DNA of 64,000 nt, from the NCBI RefSeq assembly GCF_003704095.1, contig NW_020844728.1, positions 62,001 to 126,000 of the forward strand. Direction: 5' to 3'. The translations under genes were made by a program, and so were the position numbers. The notes under the pieces were generated by a model. That model was given only the letters and a program-made list of their open reading frames with translations, searched no databases and had not been told where the DNA came from. Below, one piece after another: positions 41,001 through 51,173 of this stretch (the first letter of the stretch is position 1; each line of letters opens with the position of its first letter). The stretch comes from Pocillopora damicornis (lineage: Eukaryota).

Positions 41001-44000
41001 TGATATACTTGTAGCCTATCTTTTTAAGCGGAAAGCTTCGCTTACGTTTTGACTATCCTTTTTTTTGTGCTTCATCCATCTAACTTACGAGATGCAAATT
41101 GTGTTCAACTTTCTTCGTTCCCAGACTCCATAAAAACACCTCTATATAAACAATACAACTTTAGCGAATCATTTGCGTCTGGAACTGCTTTTTCAATCAT
41201 GTGTTTAATTTTTGGAGGCCTTTGAGTAGTTGAGAGCGGCCACTGCCGGGGAAAGCTAATCAGCACAAGTTGTAGCAGATCCTGGCCTTAGTTGTCCATT
41301 TGGAGTTATTCTTTGGAAGTGAACATTAAAAACCGAAATTTAAGGGCAGCTTTGCTCAGTATCATGTCTGAAATTCATTCGATATATTTTTTGAATGCTT
41401 GCAGGTGTGTTTCCAGGCTCCTGTGGTGACGCGGCAAAGAGCTATCGATGCTCGAGCCGCACAATGCAGAAAGTTTGATAATAATTCCTTCAACGGTTAC
41501 TTCTTTACTTGGGTCCCATACCTCAAAGGTGAGAGGGCTAAAGTTAAAGTTAACGTTGCCGGAGGGATGCAGCTAAGAACTTTTCACCATAAAAACTACG
41601 CAGTTTTGCTCAAAGAAGTTAATGCCGTTATCGAAGAGATGAGCTTCAATGTTTTTGCCCTCTTAGAAATTAACCATACTTGAATTTTTCGTTAGGTACA
41701 ACATTCTAACACACATTTGTATTAATTATAGTGAAGGATCGTGATGAATGTGAGCTTAACTGTTTGGCTAAAGGACACAAGTTTTTCCTTCGTCTTTCGC
41801 CTAAAGTCGAAGACGGAACCTCTTGCCTCAGCGATCTGGAGAAAGTCTGCATTGATGGAAAATGCAAGGTGCGTTGAACACACGTTCATCATTTTACTAG
41901 TGCCTATAACTTCCTAGCGACGCGTATCGGTTGGGGCCCTTCACCAAACGCAGATCCTGAAAGGAAAGAGATAGTCAAACGTTCATTTTTGTGGTGTTAT
42001 TTTGTATTCCAGGATCTACCTTCAGAATGCAAAGAAGGTGGATGCTTTAGCACGAAGCCATCTGAAGCACGAAAGGAAAGACGGTCCGGAATTTTCACAT
42101 CCGGAGATGTATCTCGAGGGCAACTCAGTAAGTTTGTTCATGAAGTATTTCTTCTCCTCCTTTACTGTTCTGAAATTTCACGAACAGATATTTGTAGTAC
42201 CATTGAATATCAAAGCCAATCGCCAAAAGAGTAAAAGTTCAGTGCGGGTTCAGCATATGGGTCCATAGGGTATATAATTCATGGCTGAATGCCATATTCG
42301 AACGGTTTGGTTGCTTTTCTGAAATCTGAAACTGCAGCACAATGCAGAATTTTTAAGAATTATTTTGTCATGGTGAAGCTTCAAAATCTCATGGTTTCGG
42401 AAGAACACCTCTCCTTTAAAAGCTTGGCGTTACTATTACTCTTGGTTCCAATATTTTTTTCGTTGCTGGTCACTTTCATAGATTTCATTTCACTTTAGAA
42501 AATAATTCAAATAGTACGCGCGCTCTGATTGGCCGTAAAACCATTGTACATGAGCGTATGTAAACACAGTTTTCGTACCTTTTTCATTAGTTATTTTATA
42601 AAAGATATACATGGTTTCCTACGCTTATCTCGTGTTCTCCCAACCTCCCGCGTGTTTGCATCAGGCTATGTAAACACGGAAACCATTTTACATTTCTTCA
42701 ATATCTGGGGCAAGAAAAAGTCTGTGTGTTCCTATTCAGTTCTAGGTTACAATCCGGTCATTACAATCCCAGCTGGTGCTACTAATGTAAATATCACCGA
42801 AATCCGCAGAAGCAAAAATTATCTGGGTGAGTTGCTGGCATACTAATCCATTGTTGAACTTAATTATCCAATCAATCATGAAACTACAAGGTCTCCAAAC
42901 GAGTCCAGACTGAGTGATGCTTTAAAGTTTGTATATCTTTACCAAGCTGATGAAGAGAAAATTTCGAAAGCAGGCTATTTAGAAGGTAGACATTTCGATT
43001 TTATCCATCTGAACGCTGAAGATTAATTTTCGGAATAGTAGGTTTTCATGAGAGGTACAGATTTTGCGAATATCTGAATTAAACAATTTTTGGTTGAATC
43101 TTAAAACCTCTTGCGCTAGCATTGTTTTTCCCTCCAAAAATTAGCAACACCTATTGGAAATAAGTTGGAATTACATGTTTTGCCTGTTTTCTGTAAGCAG
43201 ACCTCTCTACGTGATAAAACTGAAGAAGTAGATTAAGACATATATATTTTTTCGATTGTTTTCAGCTCTCAAGTCGCACGATTCGAACAAGTATTACATC
43301 AATGGAAACTGGGTCATTGATTTGCCGAAAGGTTATGACGTGGCGGGTACAACCTTTTATTACACCAGGCCTCGCAGAAACAAAGCAGGCCACGAGGCTT
43401 TCATTGCTACTGGTCCAACTGATGAAGATCTTGACGTTATGGTAAGAAGATAAAAATTACCAAAAGTTAATTGACAACGCTGCATCTTTTCATACCTGGA
43501 GACAAACTCAAAACAAAGTGCTGAACACTTTTGTATAATTACACGGGAATGGTCACTTTCTCCAAAAACGGTTTAGCATATCCTTAGCCCAAGAAAAATC
43601 CCTATTAAAGTGTGCCGTTTACATAGCAAATTGTATTTGTATGCTTAAGCAACTGGTCTCTAGATACTGGCAAACATTATTAATGCATGGGATACCTCTT
43701 GTTGGTCGTCTACACCTTGCAAAAGTTTGCAGCAACCTGTACCAGAGGGTTACACTTCTCCCGGCTGCGATTACATGAAGAACTGAAGACCAGATATTAC
43801 TTTGTGATAATCGTAAGAGGTTTTTGATACCAGGAGCAGAGTTCGTCTGCTGACTTTAAGTTAGTTCACCTGAACTTATCTTTTTTCAAATGTCATCAAG
43901 TGAGTGTAAAAAAATAATGTTTACGGCAATGGTAACGTTAGTCAAAATAAAGCTGTCGTGTTCACTGTAGAAACGAATACTTTCACAGTTTTATAAAATA

Positions 44001-47000
44001 GAGAAAGCTAATCTTTGCCGTTTCCGTAAGCGTCAACTGCACTGGTAATTTGTCCGGTGTTGGAATTCCGTTTCAAGTTCACCGTAGAAAAAAACAAATG
44101 CGAATTGTCAATATTTTATTTTTATGCTTTTTTCACCAGCTGCTTTATCAAGACGACGAGCCAAGGATCATGTACTCGTACTTTCTTCCCAAAGATTATC
44201 TTAATAAAAATCAGGCACAGCAACCTGCTGAACCAGCTGGCTTCGGACAGAGAGGTGTTCAAGTACAGCCTACCCAATCAGTAACTAATGGAAACTTGTA
44301 CGTTTGGAAACTAACAGGGTTTACACAGTGTACCCACTCGTGTGCTGGAGGTACATAAATGTGCTATAGAAGCCCCAAATAGAGACAATAATCTGAGACC
44401 AGTTAACAAAGTTTCAAAAGCGATGTGTTTGAGAACTACTCAGTTTTGCATCAGAAGCGCTGTGAAATTTGGATTGGTATATCAAATATTCTCAATAATA
44501 GAGTAGACTTTCAAATTCTTTAGTCCTCATTGCAGTCAGGTGACAATCCCGTTTTCCATCAACTTGACAACTTAACAAATATTGAAGGTATCGGCATTTA
44601 CACTGACACTTTTTGCAGGCCTCCAAGAGACGGTGTATCAATGTTCCTCATTAACTGATAACTCAGCTGTTGAACAGTCAGCATGTCAGTGGAACCAAAA
44701 ACCACAGCAAAGACAAAGAATTTGTAACCTGCAACCTTGCCCTCCAAGGTAACCCAGTTAAACTATGCATTTACTCCTCACAGAAATTCCGTTTGTCAGT
44801 TAGTTGTCTGAAAGTAATGGCGTAGAAGCGACAAGTCGCACCATTTGTTATTTCCCTTGGGAAGTTCAAGTTATCAGGTGTCAACTTATTTACACAGATG
44901 TAAGCCGTTTCTGTAAGACGGAATTATTTGAATAAAACTTTGCATCTACGTTTGGGCAAACAAGATATAGCTGGTGGAGAATCAAGTCAATCGTGATAGA
45001 GTCATGAGGCAGAGTGTATACATTTTTGGAAGATTTCAACTACACACAGTACGCCAAGTTAGTTTTATTTCACTTTGAAATAGGGGTTTCTTTCTAGTAG
45101 AGGGATGTCTAACGTTTTACTTAAGCAAAGTAATGTTCAAGTCACCTCCCAGTCATTCAAATCTCAGATTTTCCGCAATGCAGAGAGGACATATAGTATC
45201 ATCAATTCAAATGTTATTTTGTCCACGTGCTGTTCGATTTAGCTAAGTGTTCTTTAATGCAGATGGGAGCCGAGTCAATGGGGTTTGTGCTCCAAGACAT
45301 GTGGGCCTGGCTTGCAGATCAGAAGTCTATTGTGTAAACAGTTGGTAGATAGTAACGGTGCGCGGAAGGACCAGATGTTACCCATAAGTTACTGTCCCCA
45401 GTGGCAGAGGCCCAACCCGAGCCAGAAATGTAATTTGAGGCCTTGCCCTCTTCCAGCAAACTGGACTGTTGGAGAGTGGAGCAAGGTAATAGATTAACCG
45501 AAGACATTAATGCAAATAGAAACCATATGTAACGAGTCTGCCACAAGCGCAGTTCGCATGCAAACTCGCGTCGACATACACAATGCAAGTATAGCCTGTT
45601 CTAGGCGTTCAGATAGCAAAACAGAGCGCGATAATAAACGGCCCAGTAATAACGGCTGAGGGAAGTAATTAAATTGTCGTTTGTTTCCACACTTCAGTGT
45701 TCTGTTACATGTGAAAGAGGACTCAAACAGAGGATTGTTACATGCACAGACATCAAGAATACGTCTGTCAATGAGAGCTTTTGTGGACATCGCTCAAAGC
45801 CAGCCATAACGAAGTCGTGCTTCGCGGGTTCTTGCAAAACTGAATGGTTTACAAGCCACAAGTGGTCACAGGTGGGTTCCTTTACCTATACGCTCTCACT
45901 TGGTTAGTGTTCCATAGGCTGATAATCTTCTCCACACTTTCAAACTGTCGTTCAACTGCAATACATTTCTTATCATTCTGACTTTGTAAAGCTTTCAATT
46001 TCTCTAAAAATTGTCCGAGAAGGTAGTCATAAATGTATATCCTCCGAGTAATGTACTTGGGGATTTGCTTATTTTGTTCGCTCTGGGCTCCCATTCCATC
46101 ATATGTCCATACTTCGTACTGTCAGTTTCCTCTCTTCCTACTTTAAATTTTTTTTTTGTAAAGTTCCTTAAGACAACTTTTCCCATCACTGTCATTTGTT
46201 GACCTCTAACTTACTTTCATCGGACCTTTGTTTCCATTTGTTCTTCTTTTTCTACCCTACTCAATCCGCTTTTTCCCTTTTAAAGTGCTCAGTGCCTTGT
46301 GGTAGAGGAGAGAAAAGTCGACTTGTATTCTGTGGGAGAAAAGGAGGTGACGCCCTCCTGTCCGGTCAGTGCCCTCAGGCTCAAAAACCAAGCTCGAGCA
46401 GAGCTTGTAACAATGGGAAATGTCAGGCAACCTGGGTTACATCAGAGTGGAGCAAGGTAAAATGGCCGTTGGGTGGCTTCGGCTCTCCACACAAAGGAAT
46501 CCATCGTACATAACCGGGAGAACCTGATGAAAACTAGGAGCTGGGAATTTGTTATTGGTGTATTTATAAAACGTAAAACATAAACACCGTAGGCCATTCG
46601 TTTTCCTTGAAACACGAGTAGTTGGTTGTTACTTCTGTGACACACACAAGCTTGAGCCTCTTTATGGGTATTTCCGAAGAAATCGAAGACGTGAAGATCA
46701 CCGCGGAAAAAACGAAGATCTCAAGATTGAAGCGAAGATCTGAAAATTGACCAAAATTTACGTGATCAAATTGAACACTCAGAAATAAAACTGTCAAAAC
46801 TCGCAAACACTACAGAAAATATCTGTTAGTTCTGAATTTTGGCATTTGACCACATTTCACTGCGATTTTGACAAAGGTGTCAACAGTGGTTTACAGTCGC
46901 TGCCGCGAAACCACATGATGCCATTACAAGGTTGAAAACGACAAAAATAGTCCACTGATAATGTAATCAATAATGACATTAACGACGTCAATGAGAACCC

Positions 47001-48214
47001 ACTAACCAATGGACTCGATTTCATTCGTATCATGAAAATAATAAAAAAATAAAAATAAAAACAAAGCAAAAAAAAAACAAAAAAAAACAAAAAAAAGGAA
47101 GATCTTCCTAAAAAAAAAGAAGATTTGCAAAAAAATCACGAAGAAAACGAAGACCGTGGGTACCCATAGAGGGGCTAAAGCTTCGGTGATGAGATCTCTC
47201 AAGCTTGAAAAAGGAAAGTGAATGGGCATGCAAGTAAGTTAGCTGATCTGTGCCAGTGGTCAAATTGGTCAGTAGTACATTTACAAACTGATAAAAGTTC
47301 TGGTCCTGGTCACCTTTATCCATAGAGAACTTTGAAAAAGAGAAACATTTCTATTTAATTACCCATATTTTAATTCAGTTGTCCTTTATGAAAAGATAAC
47401 ACATCCAAAACACACACACCTTTGATACTGTGTTACATTACGTCTTATAGTGCTCAGTTGAATGTGGAACCGGGACCCAATCACGCGTTGTCTTCTGTGC
47501 TGGTATGGTTGGAGATATGCATAGACAGTTTCCAGACCACGCTTGTCTTCTAAACCCCAAACCAGCAACACTTCAATCATGTGGAAACGACTCATGTGCT
47601 CCAGAATGGTACACTTCAAAATGGGGCAAGGTACACCGGAATTACTCTTTTTTTACCCGACATTGACAGTCTTTCAATTTGCAATAGTTTTGTCTGCGTT
47701 TGAATCGAGGATAAAGATACAGGAATTACAGAGGCGGAAGACATAATTTTCTGCAAAATCTCAGAAACTATCATATCATTCACCCAACCAAGAGAAACAC
47801 GTGCCTTTGTTGTTCCTTTAAAAAAGTTTGGAAAACGGAGACTGACTCGGACACTACACGCCTGCTCCTGCAGAAGTTTAATTATTTTCCCTCACTATGA
47901 TGCCAACTGTTTCATTTCCCTGTTCATTTTTGCAGTGCTCCAGGTCATGTGGTGGAGGTAACCAAGTCAGAGATGTTATGTGTCTTGATCACAAAGGTCA
48001 AACATCTAAAGAATGCCAATCACGGCACAAGCCTTATCATTATCAGCGCTGTAATAACTTCGCATGTCCTACATCAGCTTCACAAGCGAGACGAAAACCA
48101 CACTGTAAAGACTCTTACAGCGGAACTGTGTGCATGTATGTTACACAAGCCAACTTCTGCCAGTTTTCACATTACCGCAGGATGTGTTGTAACAGTTGTG
48201 CAAAAAGGCACTAA
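35039..48214 (+). CDS. THSD4: THSD4/ADAMTSL6 (ADAMTSL4/6)-like secreted protein: signal peptide, TSP1, Cys-rich, spacer, 6 TSP1, PLAC; about 764 aa
   Basis: In-frame GT-AG exons: 35039-35107 (signal peptide MWNSLLWTTLLVLITQCCSQSFQ), 37449-37561 (WGPWSDWSPCTRSCGGG..R.R.C), 38512-38617 (CLGKDIQYNTCNMQ), 41405-41528, 41732-41868 (CELNCLA...VEDGTSC...VCIDGKC), 42013-42127, 42740-42826 (GYNPVITIPAGATN), 43266-43441 (INGNW..AGT..Y spacer), 44140-44350, 44619-44748, 45263-45485, 45698-45871, 46286-46456, 47451-47630, 47936-48214 (PLAC, CCNSC). No metalloprotease domain is present. Confidence 0.85.
39969..40241 (+). CDS. Putative alternative first coding exon of the THSD4-like gene, with its own signal peptide
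   Basis: ATG in gcaATGg context. The 91 codons begin MDSLDARILMIILFSIAGYSAQ (hydrophobic core and plausible cleavage site) and end ...PPQCSN at a phase-0 donor GTAGGT that is compatible with the exon at 41405. Confidence 0.55.
47035..47150. repeat. A-rich low-complexity tract
   Basis: Runs such as aaaaaaaacaaaaaaaaacaaaaaaaagg within an intron. Confidence 0.7.
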
Positions 48215-49504
48215 CTTCGCGCAAACACATCCCTATTTCACGTGATTGGTGAATGAGACGTCAGCCAAATGACTTTGGGAGAAGATCAATGAAATTACAT
48301 AGGATATAAATGAGAAAAAGAAGGAAATAATCGCTGAAATCATTGTAACTTTGTTCATTATATACCCAATAACATAGTCTACAATACTGCTGCGCGTTTA
48401 GACCAATCACTGGATACAGTCCAACGCATCAGGTAGTCACAAAGCTACGTGGAAAAGACAGATTTGCTCCTGGGCGCATATCACTACAGGAAAAAGAAGT
48501 TCAGGAAAATATTTATCATAAGTACAAAAGGGTCTAGTCTGAGATAGTTTTATTACACAGCTCTAAAGCTCTATGGAGATACTTTACACAAAACTCCCTA
48601 AAAGGTTTGTGTATCCTCAGCCAAAAAACTTGGCAGTGAAGAGATCCATGCCATAGAGCAAAAGCACAGTAATTGTATCTGCTTCACAATAAAAGTCAAT
48701 GTCCTGCCTACGTAATTCAGAGACTGGTTCTGTTTTATGGTACAATTGACAGTGTGAAGGCACAAATTTTTTTATGGTATCTTCTCTCTACCACTGGTAA
48801 CCAGAGCTGATTAAAGCCTATAAACTGAAGCAGATTTCTTTAATTACACTAAACCCAAACCAAACTGTCTTCAATCGTTTCCTTACTACAAACAGGACAG
48901 AGCTGAAAACTGGTTACCAATATATGAATATATCTGCATATCACTGAGTACAGTACCCTTTGTGATTAACTCCGAAAAGTAAAACAGAAAATGCCGATGA
49001 GACAAAAAGTTTTTTTTAAACTTTTCATTTTGCAGACTGGATTTCCACTAAAACATTGCTTATCATACCTAGTAAATACTTTTCTTAATAACAACTCACT
49101 TTGTGCTCAGGCTATTTAAGTGGTGCAGAGTACATAAAAAGAGTACAAAGCAAAGTAATGTATGACGCAAAAATTTTTATTAAATTGAAGCTACACATAA
49201 ATGATGACTAGTTGTGTGCAGGTCATATTTTCTCTTGATTTACAGTTTACAATTGTCATACTTTGAAAAATAAAAGATTTTAACCAAATAAAGAGGATGG
49301 TGTACACTGCATTGGTGTGTAAGGAAAAAATTTTCATGTAAATTTTTTTCTTTGTAAAACAAGGTTTTTTTACTCCAACAAATGACTGTCCCACAACATA
49401 GGGTTTTATCAAAAGTCTTCATGATCCTTGCTTCACATAGTTGTCCCATGTGGTCAGGCAACAAGTTTGTGTACAATTTAGGTGCAACTGGATAGTGTAA
49501 GACT

Positions 49505-51017
49505 CTAGTCAGACTTAACATGGCCATCAGCAGTCACTTCTTTGGCAGGTAAATCATCAACTTTTAGATCACCATTGGGAAGCAAGCCCTGCATAAAATG
49601 AAATGTCTTTCAAATCAAAACAAAGGTGACAGTTTATTTAACATTTGAAGACTAAGCAACCACCTACACTATAATTATCCTACTGACATTAAGGTGGCTT
49701 TTGGTAAATGTTTTTTCTACAACAAATTTAGTGAATCCCATTCTTGTATTTTGACAAAAGAAAACTGGGAGAGACAGAGCAGATTGAAATTATTGTTGGA
49801 TGCTTGGTGAACCTCCTTGAGAAAGGCACATTTAATGTTGTCTTGCTTCTTTAAAGCCATCATGCAAAAGACAACTCACCTATGGAATATCATTTCCCAA
49901 TATTTAAAAAGAACTTTTTTTCCAAGACAAATATTCAAAACAAGGTTCCTATCAGTGCATGGGACCTGGATACTAATACCATGACACAGGAGAGTCATTG
50001 CACTCTTTCAAACAAGAAATGTAACATTTAACTTTACTACCTTCCCTTTTCTCTACTGGTGCTTTTTTGAAACCTCCAATTCAAATTGGTCTTATACATG
50101 TGTCAGTGTTATGTTCCATAAAATATCATTGTTGCTATTTATAGTAGAAAAACACCACACAGTCTTTTTCATATAATGCCACTCATAGAAGAAATTCTCC
50201 AGCTTCTTGTGGGGTTCATTGCTGGATAAACCAGGGGGTAATGTTGGGGAGAACATGGGATTTATACTGATTCCTGTACTCTGGGATGAGAAATTTAAAG
50301 AAATTAATTGAAGAATAGTCCATCAAATTTCAAGAGAATATGAATAAGTGGGACTATTCCTCAGGGAATTAAAAACTATGTGAGGTATAACAAAAAATAC
50401 TACAGGGAGCAATATCTGTGTTACATCGGATAGCATTGATTATTTTCCCTTGACCTTAAGGCGTTTCTGAGTTAGGCCTTACGGAATCAGAGAGGAAAAA
50501 TGACATCCTCTGTGCAAAATCAGGATAATTTGCAATTAGCCTTGTCTAATACCAAATGATTCGCGTAATTTGACGAAAACAATTGAACATAAAGCATCCA
50601 TAGTAATTAAGAAGTCCAGTATAAATGATAGAGATCAACCGCGTGAACGATCATATGTGACATGTCTCGTGAGAAAAGCTATTCGAGTAGGTTTACTTGA
50701 TAAGTTAAGATGAGTACAGGTAATCTTAATAAAAGCTATCAATAAAATGGGAGGTAGATCATAGTTCACGGGTTGAGTAAGACAATTTAAAAGCCTCCAC
50801 CTTGACAATAACAAAGCCTGTCGTTTTTTTTAAGACCAATACAGGCTTAATTGGATCGAAATGTGTTCCTGCTTACCTTTTGGTCTAAAGTCAGTTTCTC
50901 ATCAGTTTTACCACTTTCGAGTTTCGGTTTTCCATACCATCTATCGACCAGCGGCTGGATGAACTTGTGCCAGATATATAGAAATACTGGCACAAGAATA
51001 CACGATATTCATACCAT
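49505..51017 (-). CDS. C18orf32: UPF0729 / C18orf32 homologue, 74 aa, with in-frame TGA at codon 3 (candidate selenocysteine or readthrough)
   Basis: Exon 1 is 51017-50877: aaaaATG GTA TGA ATA TCG TGT..., translating MV*ISCILVPVFLYIWHKFIQPLVDRWYGKPKLESGKTDEKLTLDQK, donor GTAAG. Exon 2 is 49588-49505 (acceptor ttttatgcag): GLLPNGDLKVDDLPAKEVTADGHVKSD-TAG. It matches the family start [22 protein letters not shown], the roughly 75 aa size and the KxD C-terminus. Confidence 0.8.
50964..50996 (-). promoter_or_regulatory. Stem-loop 12 nt downstream of the in-frame UGA (SRE-like / readthrough stimulator candidate)
   Basis: On the minus strand CUUGUGCCAG (50996-50987) and CUGGCACAAG (50973-50964) are perfect reverse complements around a 13-nt loop. 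Confidence 0.5.
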
Positions 51018-51173
51018 TTTTATATGGACAAAAAGCTTCTTTTGCCTCGGACGAAAATCTCTGTGGTTCAGATGCAAAATTCTTCAAGATTCGAGTGACG
51101 AAAGCTGATACGCATGCCCTAAACAGGATATCAAAGTCTTTATTTTTATGTACATTGTAATGCGGGCTCAGTT
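51018..51173. promoter_or_regulatory. Compact bidirectional promoter / 5'UTR region between the C18orf32-like and PUB-UBA-UBX genes
   Basis: Divergent ATGs at 51017 (-) and 51174 (+) with only 156 bp between them. Confidence 0.55.

Noticed and set aside
49200-49262. AUGAC...AAA element as SECIS
   Set aside because: Helix II pairs poorly and there is no closing GA; AUGAC simply pairs with GUCAU.
50134-50280. Open 48-codon stretch after an acceptor-like site in the C18orf32-like intron (- strand), a possible alternative last exon
   Set aside because: No family similarity; exon 49588-49505 already gives the expected length and KxD end.
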